From Takakia lepidozioides (Eukaryota; Plantae; Bryophyta), in contig CM060734.1 of NCBI GenBank assembly GCA_030704615.1, positions 18,600,001-18,664,000 on the forward strand: a stretch of DNA of 64,000 nt, given 5' to 3'. The position numbers and the translations under genes were made by a program. The notes below the pieces were generated by a model, which was given only the letters and a program-made list of their open reading frames with translations, was not told the DNA's origin and did not search any database. Shown piece by piece: positions 25,461 through 38,560 of the stretch. Within the stretch, counting starts at the first letter, position 1; every line of letters begins with the position of its first letter.

Positions 25461-28400
25461 TCAATCAAGATCAGCAATACCCAAATTGGAGACAATAATT
25501 TTGAGTTGTTCCACAAAGTTGGCACCCGTTGCATATTCTGTAAGCAGGCCAACTGCGATCCCGAACATAGTCCACCTTCACCATTACAAAACCCAAAATA
25601 AGTGTTAGCTATCCATAATTCAAGATGAGTGCGACTGACACATGACTGAAGTCATTCTTCAGTGATGGGAAAGAAAGATAACCTTTTGTCCCTGCCTGGT
25701 CTTGTGCTCACTAGAGGGGAAAAAATGCCTACAAATGTAACTCGTAGTACAAGATACCACTCATATATCATGCTGACCTCAATCAGGCCAGTCTCAATCA
25801 TTACATAGCTCATCTTCTTCTTTCTCTCTGGGAGTTATAAGTACTCTCTCGAGGTTGATCTGGAATCTAGAGGTTGTTTCCACGAAGGCCAAGCTGGCTT
25901 TCGGTGAAACAGGGGCTGTGTGGATCATATCTTCACTCTAAGCCAGATTATCCAGCGAAGGAAAAAAGAAGGGAAACCCACTTTTGTTTTTTTCTTGGAT
26001 GTCAAAAAGGCTTATGACACAGTGTGGAGAGATGGTCTATGGCTCCGACTCTGGTCATGTGGGATCAAGGGAAAGATGTGGAGAGTTGTCCATAACTTGT
26101 ATGCTCACACCAAAAGTTGTCTCACTCTTAATGGACAGAAGTCTAACTTCTTTGACATAGACCAAGGTGTAGCTCAAGGATGTACCCTCTCCCCTCTGCT
26201 CTTCAATGTTTTCATCAATCAACTCCTCGAGGATGTGGAAAGTGAGGGATTTGGGTTAAGGGTGGGTGATGCCACCATACCAGCCCTTATGTTTGCGGAT
26301 GACTTCGCAGGCATAGGGGAGACTCCTTCCAACCTCCAGGAGTTGATTGATTGTACGAAGAGATACTTTGGGCTAGGGGCTAACGTCAGTATATGTGCAG
26401 TGGTGTGTACATGGCATTCAACGACAGAGGAGAGGGAGGAAGTGATCTCAAGTGGCAGTGGGGTAGCCAAGAGATTCCGGTCCTCCCTTCCTACACATAC
26501 CTGGGCGTTGAGTTTTCCTCCAACTGTAACTGGGATGCATATTCAGAAAGTTGTTCAAACTGGCAAGCGCAAAGCGCTGGGTCTCACTAAATTTTTCCAC
26601 TGCAGAGGGATCAACTCTGAAGTCAAGAAAACCATGCTTTGTCGCGTTATTAGACCTGCCTTGGAGTATGCATCTGCAATATGGGTTGATAACTCCAACC
26701 AGGCTAAGTCTCTAGAATCCATTCAAGTGGGGGTGCTTAAGAAGTGCATGTCAGCATGCTCCAAAACAGCCAATGTGGCTGTTCGGGGTGAGTTTAGCAT
26801 CCCTTCCTTAAGCTCCCGACGAGATGAATTCAAGGTCAGATGGTGGGGTCAGCTGCAACATATGTCCAACACCAGATATCCTAAGTTAATCGACTCTATA
26901 TCTTGGAAACAGGCTAAGTCCTGGTAAAAGAGAGTAGAAGAGATTCTGAAGGATCTGAATCTTAACCCGCAAGTCTAGACCCTGCTGGATAAATCTGACT
27001 TAGAGGCTGTAGTGTCCAAAGCCATGTCTGTTGCCAGGAAATTGTCTGATGAAAATGAAGTTAGGCAGAAAACTTCCCTGAACTTGTTTCCAACTGTGAC
27101 ATGGGGGAGGACATCATGGATGACCTCAAGGGTCTACCCACTCTCGGCACTAGACTGAAATTTAAACTCAGGGCGGGAAGCCTACCTTTGAACAGCAAAC
27201 AGAAGCAGAGAGGAAAGGGAAAGTGCAATTGCCCGCTGTGTGGGCAACCTGAAGACAATATTCATTTTTTGATTCATTGTCCGGGGTTCTCTCACCAGAG
27301 AGACGCTCTCCTCAAATCTATCAAGGGAATTGTGCCGGTACCTCTGTTTACCAACTTTGAAAGTCTCGAGGCTGAGCCAAAAGCCCAGGCTCTGGGGCCT
27401 AGTTATTGGGCAAACCACACACAGCAGATTGATGCTTGTGTGAAGGGATTTCTAGAGGATATCTGGAAATCCCAGATCAATGTTTTATTTCAAGGTAAGT
27501 CTTACTACCGACGTCAGCCCCTGACAGAGGTAGGTTCTGTCCCTTTGTGTTCCACTCAAACTGGGCGCGGGGTCAATGGTCACAAGGCTACGGCAAACAA
27601 CGTCTTATGAGTACATTCTCTGGGAGTTGAACTAGTATGTTCTGCTGTCTGCACCTCCGGTGGACATGATGAGATTTTAATTTTCTTCTTCCACCCTTTT
27701 TTCTCAACAGCCTTACCGGCCTACACATGCCACATCTATTTGCAAGCTAGAGGGCTGGAGCAGAGTGGTGGAATTGTTCTCAGGTTATTCAGTATCACAT
27801 CACATGGCAGCCAAACATCAACAATTACTATTAACTTAAGGTGTCGTCCCTCTGTGCAAGCACCATGGTAGGGTCTCATACACCTAGGTGCTGAAACCCT
27901 AAGAACAGGTCTGGGAAGCTCAGTAACCAGAGGGCACAAAGCCTTTAACTCTACATTATAGCGAACCTTCGCACGGAGCTGTCAAAGAGATCTATACCAT
28001 CCAGAATAGACTGCTATCTCACAAATTGAATGTTATTGGCTGAAGGAGAGTATGGTACTCCAGACTGGAAAAGCAAACCACAGAAAAGAACACTTTCTCA
28101 TTTTATATCATGATTCTTCCTTTTAGAAGATTTACCCTGCCTTGCACAGACTAACACATTCTACCTTTTCTCTTACTTCTCCATTATTCTGATTAGGAGT
28201 ACTGTGTGAGATGCAGCGGCTAGTGTTGCATGAGACTGTAATGATAATATACTCCCTACTCATTTAATTGAGACTATCAAATGAAACAGAAGGGATACCA
28301 AATCCCACAAGCATGGTCTTATCAACTGTGACAGGCAGATTAAAAGGTCCCTGCCACTGATGTCCAGGGCGGCCAGAGATAGAATTGACAGTGTGTTGCT

Positions 28401-29627
28401 GCCACTGCAAACAACTCACAGGAACGTATAACTAGGCCACTTAAGTAGGTCATTTAATGACCATAGATGACTTGACGAAGGTTACAGTTGAGGCTAGCCC
28501 TTAGCAAGAGGTGAAAACTAGCCAAGCAAGGCTGGACATATTGCTGCTGGATCTGGAACTAGGATAGAAATTCTATGGCTGTGCCCTTCGAATCAGGCTC
28601 CTGAAGCAGTTTTTGAGCTGCTCTCATGGTGCCTTTCCACGCATGCATTGTTTCTGAAGGCATTCACTTCGTCTTTGGCACTGTAGAGATACTACATTCT
28701 AATGTGAGATAGAAATACAGGTTTCTCTCCACCACCACAAGGGTCTCCGTCCTACTGCTCAATGAACATTCTCTGCATTAGACTGTTGGCTGTTTGAGAG
28801 CTATCACAATGCCATGCATACTGCTGGTTGAGACACCGAGAGGTAAATCCTGCATCGAAGTCCGTGCTCCAAAATTGCTGAATGGCTCATGAAGCCAGTA
28901 GATTCCGCAGGGAAACTTGTGTGTAAACACTCTCGCTTGAAGCAGGCATGATGTGCCGTTCACAAGATGTGCCCGCTCACAAGACTACGCATTCTCAGGC
29001 ATACTTCCTCTCCTCAATGCAACGTCTTATGAGTACATTCTATTGTCCTTGATAAATTTCTTTCATCCAACCAGCTAACCGAGGACAGGGAAATATTCGC
29101 AATTTCAGACCGCACACTCACAGGTAAGGGACAAAGGTTCACTATCTCTCAGCATTAGCCAACCTACAAAGGCTGACTCATTCACAAGCGGAGACACTCG
29201 GTGATATCTGGAAGCCATACCTTCCATTGGCAATCTCATTTTTCCGCGTCCATCCGAAAATGCGGCCCGCCCTTATCTGATCTTCAAACTTTTTGTCCAG
29301 AAAATACTCTTGAAGCTCTTTAGCCCTCTGTCTCTGATACTCAATAGTGACAACTGATGTGCGCGAAGAGGTTACCGAGGGAGAAGGGGCCATTACTGGA
29401 GAAGATGCAAACGGAGACGGAGAGGGAGGAGGGGGAGGAGAAGTCGCTATGGAAGGAGCAGGTGGCTGGCTGGTGGTTGGGGCACTTGGCCTTCTTAAAG
29501 GTCCCTCTGCTTGTGAGGCTCTAATTAAATTCTTGTTGGAAGGTCTTCTCTGTGTGGCAATTGCCTGACCTGATCCTTTCCAGGAGTGTGATGGCAGCAC
29601 TGATGGGAGTGACAGTGCCGCGGCCAT
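25461..29627 (-). CDS. OHP2: One-helix protein 2 (LHC-like, PSII assembly), 173 aa; exons 29221-29627 and 25461-25575
   Basis: Transit peptide, Pro-rich linker, VTIEYQRQRAKELQEYF, FGWTRKNEIANGR|WTMFGIAVGLLTEYATGANFVEQLKIIVSNLGIADLD*. Phase-2 GT-AG intron of 3.6 kb. Confidence 0.95.
25837..27616 (+). mobile_element. LINE copy D (RT to 3' terminus), antisense in the OHP2 intron, with 12-bp TSD
   Basis: TSD TCTCTGGGAGTT at 25825-25836 and 27617-27628. RT and CCHC motifs as in copies A and B. Contains stops and frameshifts. Confidence 0.93.
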
Positions 29628-30032
29628 GGCCTCCTCCTCTTCTCCGCGTCTCTTCCTGTTATTCCCTCTCCTCCTCCTCCAAAATACCCACCTGCCCAGC
29701 TGCAACCAGAGATGTCCTTTGAGAGGATCGAGAGTGCACCAAAATAATTCCTCCAAAAACACAGCAAGCGAGAGTGATGATAAGCCCGCAGGTGGGCCTT
29801 GTTGCGTAGAGACGATAAGCCCACACAGGTGGACCACAGCAAGCCACACCGGGACGATAACTGTCTCGTTATCGTTGACGATGCCTTACAATCGTCACTA
29901 ATCACCCACATTTCGCTAGTTCGCCCGCCGAAATAGAAAGGGAAAGATGCTCGTTCGTCCTCTGAACGGACGACGTTGTATGACTCTATAATCGCGGGTC
30001 GGAGGAGACCCGCGATTGTAACAGAATCGGGT

Positions 30033-31527
30033 TAGGGAATGGAAAAAGCTGAAAGATTCCAAAGCCCGGGACAATATTCCATAGCCCAGGGCATGCAATG
30101 TCTCGGGGTTTTATTCCTCATTAAAAGAGCCGGGGACAATATTCCATAGCCCAGGACATGCAATGTCTCGGGGTTTTATTCCTCAAAAACCCATAGGCCT
30201 CGGGTATCCTATGGGAACGTTTGGGAACATTTTGTGGCCTGCAAGTGAGACTTGGACCCGGGCTGGGATATTTCAGGAATCTTTCTCGCCTAAGACAGAT
30301 TCCTAAAATGATTCTATACCCTAGGGTCCAGGGCAATCTTATTGTATATACGGATCAAGTTGTTTATTGTATGGATGGCTTGGTCTCCTTCACTGCATCT
30401 CTGTTGGAATGCTTCGATGTATGCAGTTACAGCAATTTAGTGCACTTGTTCTGCTTACCACTGAGTGGTCCTGATGCTTCCCCTCACAGCAGTTAGTTCC
30501 AGGTTCAACTGTAGTTTTGATGTGCGTTGCAGCAGACATCACATATAATGAGCTCACCAACAAACTTCATTTCAATTCAAGCCATAGGTGCTGCTCAATT
30601 GAAGCTTCTTTGATTATTTAGTCCATATCATGTCAGTGCAGTTCCCACGTTCAAGTTGCAAAACTACAGTTTAAAACTCAGGGCCTTTTAGAGAAACCTC
30701 CTATTCCAGTAAAGTAACTTGTCATCAGCATGACAACTCAACGGAATCCCAAGTTCAGTCACCAACTAGTCAAACATCAAGGAAGCCAGGCCAATTGCCG
30801 AAACTACCACAAGAGAAGCTTAACAATCAACTAGTCAACCCAATCAACCCTTAAAGATGGAGATGATGGTGAGATACTGCAGCACAAATTTCGCAGCACA
30901 ATATTTGAAACCGTTCTGAGTCTGCTAACTCCAAATTCATGTTGTAATTTCAGACATACATCTGTTGCTGCAGTTCTTCCCTTCCAACTTCCACAGACAG
31001 AAAAAATGGTCGCACAACAATAGTAACTCCACAAATCCAAAGTCAAAAGTCAAAAGTCCCACAAACAAGTATTTAATCAAAAGAGGGGAGAAAACAGCCT
31101 ACCACTATCAACCTCTGATTCCGGGGTGCCTGTTTTTTTTAAATCGGGGGTCGAGGAATCGGCACCTTGCTCCATCTCCACAAGCAGCCGGAGAGCCTCA
31201 TGACTTAAATCCAAATCATCGATCAAGATCCGTATATACGATAAGATTGCCCTGGACCCTAGGCCCGAGCCTAGGGTATAGAGTCATTTTAGGAATCTGT
31301 CCTAGGCTAGAAAGATTCCTAAATTATCCCAGGCCCGGATCCAAGGCTCACTTGCAAGCCACAAAATGTTCCCTTACGTTCCCATAGGATATTCGAGGCC
31401 TGTGGGTTTTGAGGAATAAAACCCTGAGACATTGCATGTCCTGGGCTATGGAATATTGTCCCGGGATTTGGAATCTTTAGCCCGTGCTTTGAAATCTTTC
31501 AATGTAGGGCTCTTTTTCCATTCCCTA
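30033..31527. mobile_element. Non-autonomous long-TIR (foldback/MULE-like) element ~400 bp upstream of the OHP2 start codon
   Basis: 30033-30356 is the reverse complement of 31227-31527 (e.g. GGGACAATATTCCATAGCCCAGG.CATGCAATGTCTC). The left arm has a ~65-bp tandem duplication (30064/30129). ~870-bp unrelated core. Weak similarity may extend to ~29943/31591. No TSD found. Confidence 0.8.
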
Positions 31528-34500
31528 TCGGGTCACCCGGGGTCTGTAGCCCTACAAAACATACCGAAGAAGTAGACGACGAAGAGATCTTGCATAGCGT
31601 GCATATTGTTGCAGTAATCTCTACATGTTTCTGTGTTGTTTCCAATGATTTAAAGTTCAAGGAGGAGTAAAGATGCACATCTGAATTCGGGGCACAATCT
31701 GAGCAGAAATTTGAGTAAAATTGAGGTTGCATCGTGGAGATAAGTATGTGAAAGTGAGTTGCACCATCGGACCACGAAGGTGTGAACTACCGGACTAACC
31801 ATCAAACTAATATAAAAATGTTGTCACAAAAAGGTTGCTTTTAGTTATTTAAACACAATACTCCAAGCTCACTCTTTAAAATGGCCTGGCAATTAGAATT
31901 CCTTGTTTAAAAAAATTCATAAGTCCCTGCTACATTCTTCGATTCACTTTCCGTAAAGCATCAGTTGTAACCTAAGCTTTACTCCACAAGATTCTAGAAT
32001 TATTTTGTGAATCAAAGTTCATAAAAAGGTTTTTAACTCAAATCGTATCTGCTCATAATAATAATAAAACTATTTGCAGTCAAGAATTGCCCTTGTTCAA
32101 AAATTCATAATTTTGCACTCACCACTTGTTTTCCTTAAATTTGAATCAGATTCCCATTAACATTCTTCCTTCTATGAGATTCAATCAGCACCTCTTCTAG
32201 ATCATCCAAACACTAATTAAGGTCTCAACTTGAAGTTAGTAATTTAAGCAATAAGATTGGATGTGCTGGGCCAACAAAGAAAACAACTAAGTCACATCCT
32301 AGTATGATTTTCCAGTTGAAAATCGATAGGGCGGTATTCTGATAATTAGCCGCCTTCAACTTAAGTACCCCAAGCTCATTACATGGAAAAGATAGAAGAG
32401 AATAGAGCAGGGAAGAAAGAAGCAAAAGAAGACAACCAACCAACCAAAACGAGACAATTTTACAATGATTTGGCGGTAGCTTAGGAGTGCTAGATTTCCA
32501 AGGTCGTTTCCCCTAGCGCGGCGTAAATCTAGGACTGTCTATGATACCTGAAATTCAGATTCAAGGCTGTCTCTATAGAACTCCAACTAGGTATAGAGGG
32601 TAATTTTCTACAACATAATCAACTATTCGAGGTAGATTTTCTTCATACGGTGTTCACCCGAGCACGAGTCCCAAGTTGATGTCGCAGATGGTGCAGGTTC
32701 GATGAATTCTGCTCACGGACTGATCTGAATTGCTATGGTACGAACGATCTATCAGATTATAAGAGGGTAGGTACACGAATGCTCAAAGGAAATCTAGACA
32801 GTAACAAGCTTCTCTACTTCAATCATGCAAGTCTCGGCGTACCACACGATTGACTCACGTTCACTAACACGGCACCTTGATTCCAACGGCGTGCGGCTGC
32901 AATGTTTAATAAAAACCAGTTCACTATACACCGTTCCTCTTCACTACAACATCTAGCCTACATTTAAAAGAGAAAGAGGGCGAAGAGAAAGAGCGAGAGC
33001 GAGAGAAAATAAGAACTCGATTGTCTGTTCTCTCTTTCGCCGGCTGATTTATATCAGTCCGTCGCCCTACATCCGTCACTTGTGTTGACCACTTTCATCC
33101 ATCCCTTTCTCCAAAAAAATAATAAATTACTACTGGTGCATTTAAGCACCGACACCTAGTTAGAGTTTTTAATTAATTTTCCCTAGAGTGTTCATTAATA
33201 TAAGATATAATCTTTTTTGTTTTAATCCTTCAGATCTGCGCCCTCCACCTGAACGGTCCAGATCGAACCATGTGTTTTTTCCTCCATCCATTGTCATCTG
33301 TCCAAAAATCCAGTCAGTAATCCATTCATCCATCGTTCCATCCGCTGATTTCACCCATTTTCATCATTCCTCATAATTTTCATCCATCTGTAACTTTCAT
33401 CACTCCAGGGACATGACCAACTTAAGTTCGTACATGACCAACTTAAATTGATACATGAACTGTTTTTAAATCCTCATGAATGTTGCTCCTCATCCATGTC
33501 ATTCATCCATTTGGGAAGTGGGGATTGCTACCCTTGATCAACCAATATCCAGCGGTTCACCTTTATCCTTGTTTTCCCATTAGCTCCCTTTTCCTGCTAT
33601 GTTGAGATCGGGGAGAGGTTCCCATGCCTGAAGTAGCAAATTGTAGCGTTGTTCTGAGAGTCATCTGCTGGTGAGATCCTCCAGCAAGATAAGCATATTT
33701 TCTTGCATTTGCTAACTTACAAAGACATCGATCCTGAATCATTCTTGGCGCTGAAGACTATTCATGGATTTCTAGATCATACCTCCATACCATGTAATCT
33801 CTAGAGTACTTTCCGCAAACCAAAGGCTGAGTTCCTGTAACTGCCGACTATTTGTCAGAAACTTCAAAGGTATAATCCACAGGGCAGTCTGGCAGACATC
33901 GCCAACGCGTACTAACGGAATCACACGCCCACCACTTCCGTGCACTTATGAGAGGCTGTACAGTGTGTGCAGGCCCAGCCAGCATGTAAACCCATTCCTC
34001 CTTGATCTCTACCCATTTTATGAATCTCAAAGACGTCGTTGCGGCCTTCGTCATCAACCACCGCTAGCGCATTCTGCCATTCTTACAACCACCTGTCAAC
34101 GATAAATAATAAGAGCGAGGCACCCGTGCAACGCATTCTAGTGTCACATGGTCTGTCAACCCGGAATCAGGAGTTGTCCTTCGACTGGTCCTCCGTCTCT
34201 GCCATTGCTAAGTGATCGACACCGGCCCCTGGCCCGAAATGGTCGTTTTCCCGACGCGGCGGCGTGGCCCGGGCGTCGCAAAGGCCCCCTTTTTCCTGTA
34301 GTGAGTCTCTCGTGATGTTGACGACCTTGGTGAAGGAGTTCAAGCATAAGGCAGAGAAATACACATACGAACTTGCTGATCACCTTCTTCATGCAATGCC
34401 TTCCTCGATCCATACATGGCTGCACGACCCTTTCAGAAAGCTCCATCTCTCAGAAGCTGGGATTCTCCTACAAACATTCATTTGTTATGTTGCAAATTTG

Positions 34501-34837
34501 TGGGATGTACTGTTTCCATTCACTCTTTTCAGTGACAGTCCTGTGTACTGTCCACGATTGTTTTAGGCAACTTTTTCCTCGGGAACTCGATTCATGGATG
34601 CCTGCATGTTCCAATCATAGGTTTGCATCTCAGAACATGGGGTTCTCATGGAAGCATACCTGACTGTACTTTGTAATTTGCTGCGAGCACTGTCTCATTT
34701 GCCTTTTCAGGGTAACAGTCCTCTTTAGGGTTGAAGGATTGTCTTAAGGTCCTTGTTTTCAAAGTCTGTATACAGTGTACTATTGGACTTACATGACGCC
34801 CTTTAATTCCAGTAATGCAAGGTGCTCTCTGTTGTAG

Positions 34838-35799
34838 GTACCATTGCTCATTTGGGCCAGAGGACAAGACATCTACCGTCTTGGAGGTTACATCCGCTAT
34901 GGGAGCGAAGAAGTGGAAACCAAAACCGCCTAAGAAGAAGGGTAGAAAGACAAGAGTTGTTGGAACCAGTAAGGAGCAAAAACCAAAAGTATTTAGGACG
35001 TCAAAAAAGAAATATGGTGAAGGCATCAAGAGGGGATGTGTATGCCGATTTGCAGTGAAGCAATGCTATTTGGACCCAGAAATAGCGGAGGTTGTGTACT
35101 ACGAGAAGAGGCACGTTGATCGGGCGGGAGACATATCCCATGGGCCAGCTCATGATTGTGGTCGCGTTGCATTGGCCCCCCACATCAGCGAAGAAATGAA
35201 AGCCTGGGTACTGCACAACTTGCGCCTATGACTAAGCTTCAACAAAATCATGGAGAAGCACATGCAGTGGGTGAAGGAAACTATGGAAGTTGGATTGGAG
35301 GCGGATCGTGACACATTCCTGCTCTCCTGGGACATCCGTAACATTGCCAACAAATGTGATGAAGAAACGTTTAAAAAGCACCCAAATGATGCTCGTAGTG
35401 TGCGAATGTAGGTGGAGTCGAACCCTGACAGTGTCTTTTACTACCAGGAAGAGTCGAATCACCCTGCCTGGTCTTCCAATAGCCGTAAACTGGACCTTCC
35501 TTTTGTGTTGGGCATATAAACCGAATGGCAGAAAAAACGGATGTTGTATCACGGGCATTCTCGAATAATGGCATGCGATGCAACATTCGGGACAAACGAG
35601 AAGAAGGTTCGTGTTAGGAAAAGTACCTGCCTGCAACCAGAGCTTAAACCATTTTCTGCATGATCACAATTGTGTTGTCCCCTCCTTCCTCTGTATTCCT
35701 AATTATTTTTGTTGCATGCTTTTCTTGCAGTATCCTTTGTACACCATGATGGTGTTTGATGAGTGGCTGGATGGTATTCCAGTCGCGTACATAATCAAT
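34838..35799 (+). pseudogene. Decayed Mutator-like (MULE/SWIM-family) transposase, 3'-truncated
   Basis: YHCSFGPED, KRGCVCRFAVK, HVD..G...HG, DIRNIA, PFVLGI*TEWQ and DATFGTNEKK|YPLYTMMVFDEWLDGIPVAYII (intron 35607-35730). In-frame stops at ~35229, ~35409 and ~35517. Confidence 0.85.
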
Positions 35800-38560
35800 T
35801 TGCAGAAGCGCCTTTGTCATCGGGGTGAAGGACGTTTCGGCCGACGTCCACATCATGTGCACAGGCAGGTTTTGCTGTGGGTGCAACTGTAACACTGTCC
35901 ACCACAGCAGGAGGGGGGCCATCTGAATTGTGAAGTTGGATGACTGTTTCCACCGCAGGCTGTAACACATGACCTCCACGCGGAGGGCTACCCACGTTCT
36001 TGGAGGCAATGTTAGCCGCATCCACCAAGACAGAGATATTTGTATCCCCTGTGGGGTAGCGGGGGGCGATGCATTGCCTAATCTGAGAATAACAGGCCAC
36101 CCCTTCTTTACAGCAGTGCGTATTCTGTGGCACCCCATCCTGGCAAGAGCCACAACATCTGCAGATTTGTGCACACATTGCAACGCCTCATTCACTTCAG
36201 AGTCATTGTAATCAAGAGAGCCTGCACAAGTCCAGGTGGAGTACACTTAAGCACCTCTTCCATTTCAAAACAGTACACATAGTTACAAGTACAAAGAAGA
36301 CATTGTAAAAACAGTAACATTGCAATGACTTTCGTGCAAAGGATGGAAATTTCACATACCTGGATCCCGACCAATCCAAACCATGTCAAGATCCTCTTGT
36401 TACTTCAAGGCAGCTCTGAAATCTTGGAGGGCCTTATCAACACCCTGTCCTGGCAGTCCCACCCCACACCACAAGACCTCAAATGAAGCAAGCTTACAAA
36501 TGGCAAGGACCTGTGCAGCCCTGTATGCGACTCCTTGCATGAAGTCATTCATGGAATCCAATACACGCACCCGATCCTCTTCCTGCCGTCGACAAGTGCA
36601 TGTGCACTTTCGAGCACCCTCCACTTGACCTCCTCGTAGGGGGGCATGCCACCATACAGTAGCTATCCAAATGACATGAAATTCGCTGCAGCATTTCTGA
36701 TCGCAGTCTTACCCTCGCTGGTGTACAGGAGTTGCTTAAGGAGTACATGCAACCCTAAGTTTCTGGGTGTGGACAGGGGAGTAGACGCATCAACGTGGCA
36801 CATCCAAATCAAGCGCAAAACCCACATGAAAGGGGGCACATAGGGGCACTCAAACGGGTTTGTTGATGACAAGATGAGCCTGTGGGCTTCTTGTTTCAAA
36901 TGATTGAAAATATTAGGCATCTGTGGGAACTCACCCATCTTGATAATTCTGAACAAGGGCGACCAGCCCCATTTAGCCTCGTGTAAGTCATCATGTATTA
37001 CCCTCTCCCATTTGGCCATGCCAGCCTCCACATATTGATGTTTTTGAACCTCCAATGCAGCCAGATCTTCACTTCGTAATCATTGAGAGCAGCCCTGTAT
37101 TTGTTGTATTCGACAACAGCCACGCATTCACCGTACCGGCTTGCATGGTCGGGAGTGAAACCAGGACGTTTGGCAAACAAATTTAATGTCTTCTTCAAAA
37201 GCTCCGTAAGCTCAGGGGGCGGTCCACCATGCTGCGACCACAGTCATGCGTCAGGAAGAACCCCACATTAGCATACAATGGAACACAACGAATGACAGTG
37301 AAGGATAAAAAGTATGCACCGGACAACAATATGCCATGGATGCACACCAAATGCTTCATGTCCAATTACAAGTAATACAATATAATGAAAACAATCACAA
37401 TTCCCTCATTCTTTGTACACCTGTTCAAAGTGAGAATGCATGGAGGTTCCAGTATCATTGAAGTCACCACCATTCCAAACATGTGGGTAGAAGAGGCATG
37501 GCGCAGTGAAATGAATGCATGGGATATAGTTGCAACACAAGCATCTATCCACAAGCATGACAAAAAATGATTGCAAGTAAAATTATTGAGGGTCAGAAGG
37601 AGACTTACCATGAATTTCATAAACCATCTACCGTAGGCAGCACCCATCATACTGTCAGCGAATTCAGGGGTCCCCGCAAGGTCCACAAGTCTCTGATAAA
37701 ATTCAGGGTCGTCCGGCGAAGCGAACTAAGGAGGCAACAGATTGAAGTCCATGAGGTAGCTAAGGCCTGGCCGTGAAACATGAACGGGTTTGGGTGGAAG
37801 AGCAACATCAGACCTTAATCTCAAAGAAGCTGCCTCAAATGCCTTTGTGCCCTCGTCTCTACTGAGATCCCTAAGGCAATTTTTGTTAAACAAATCTTCT
37901 GGAGTTGGAGGGACGGTATGGTGATTGTTGGATTTCCCATTATTTTTTATGGGTCCGTCCCCCGCAGGTGTCGTCTGTTTTTCTGGCTGGACCACTTTCT
38001 CCTCTGCAATGTTGCACTGCCCTGGCGCCACAGACTGTCCCTCATTCTTTTGTAGACGCAAGCCCTTCTTCCGCAGCTTCAATGGTGGCATGTCTGCGAA
38101 TTCCTCATCACCGCTGTCAAGCAGCTCCACAGCCGTATCGCCCTTATCCACGTCCACATTTGCGGACGGGAGTTTTTTCGAGGCGCCAGACAGTGCTTGG
38201 TGAGAACAGCCTCATAGACCGCCCTCTGGGCCACCTCAAAAACATGGTACATTTTGAGTTTAGGGGCACCCTTGTACTAACGAGCATCATATCCGTTTAT
38301 CCTGTGAATGTTTAGTTTCTTTTTGTCTTTATAGATCTATGCAGAAAAATGCATTTTAAGGGCTTATTACAATCGGGTTCCTCAACCCTTGCCTTCGTGT
38401 GGGCCTCGCAGATCAATTCCTCCCACTCATCGTCTTCGTACTCCTCGTGGTATACCCGGTGGGCTTCCACCATGGTCGATTTTTTGACCATATCGCAAGA
38501 GCAATTGGAGCGCCTCCATCCACTCTATCGCAGAGAATGGTCAAAAGCGAGCTCCTAAAA
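35800..38560 (-). pseudogene. Fragmented multi-exon coding sequence convergent with the MULE transposase, probably the element's accessory gene
   Basis: Run of coding-like minus-strand ORF fragments (37726-38157, 36998-37198, 36663-37055, 36400-36624) with splice-like boundaries. No recognisable domain. Confidence 0.4.

Noticed and set aside
11432-25836. Inversion joining the 5' half of LINE B to copy D, whose breakpoints nearly match
   Set aside because: It would flip Tic22 exon 1 relative to exons 2-8, and D has its own intact 12-bp TSD.
32450-33530. Solo LTR or LTR-retrotransposon end (TCATCCAT-rich, PBS-like TATGATACC at ~32540)
   Set aside because: No clear TG...CA termini, TSD, second LTR or coding remnant; probably repeat-derived but not classifiable by eye.
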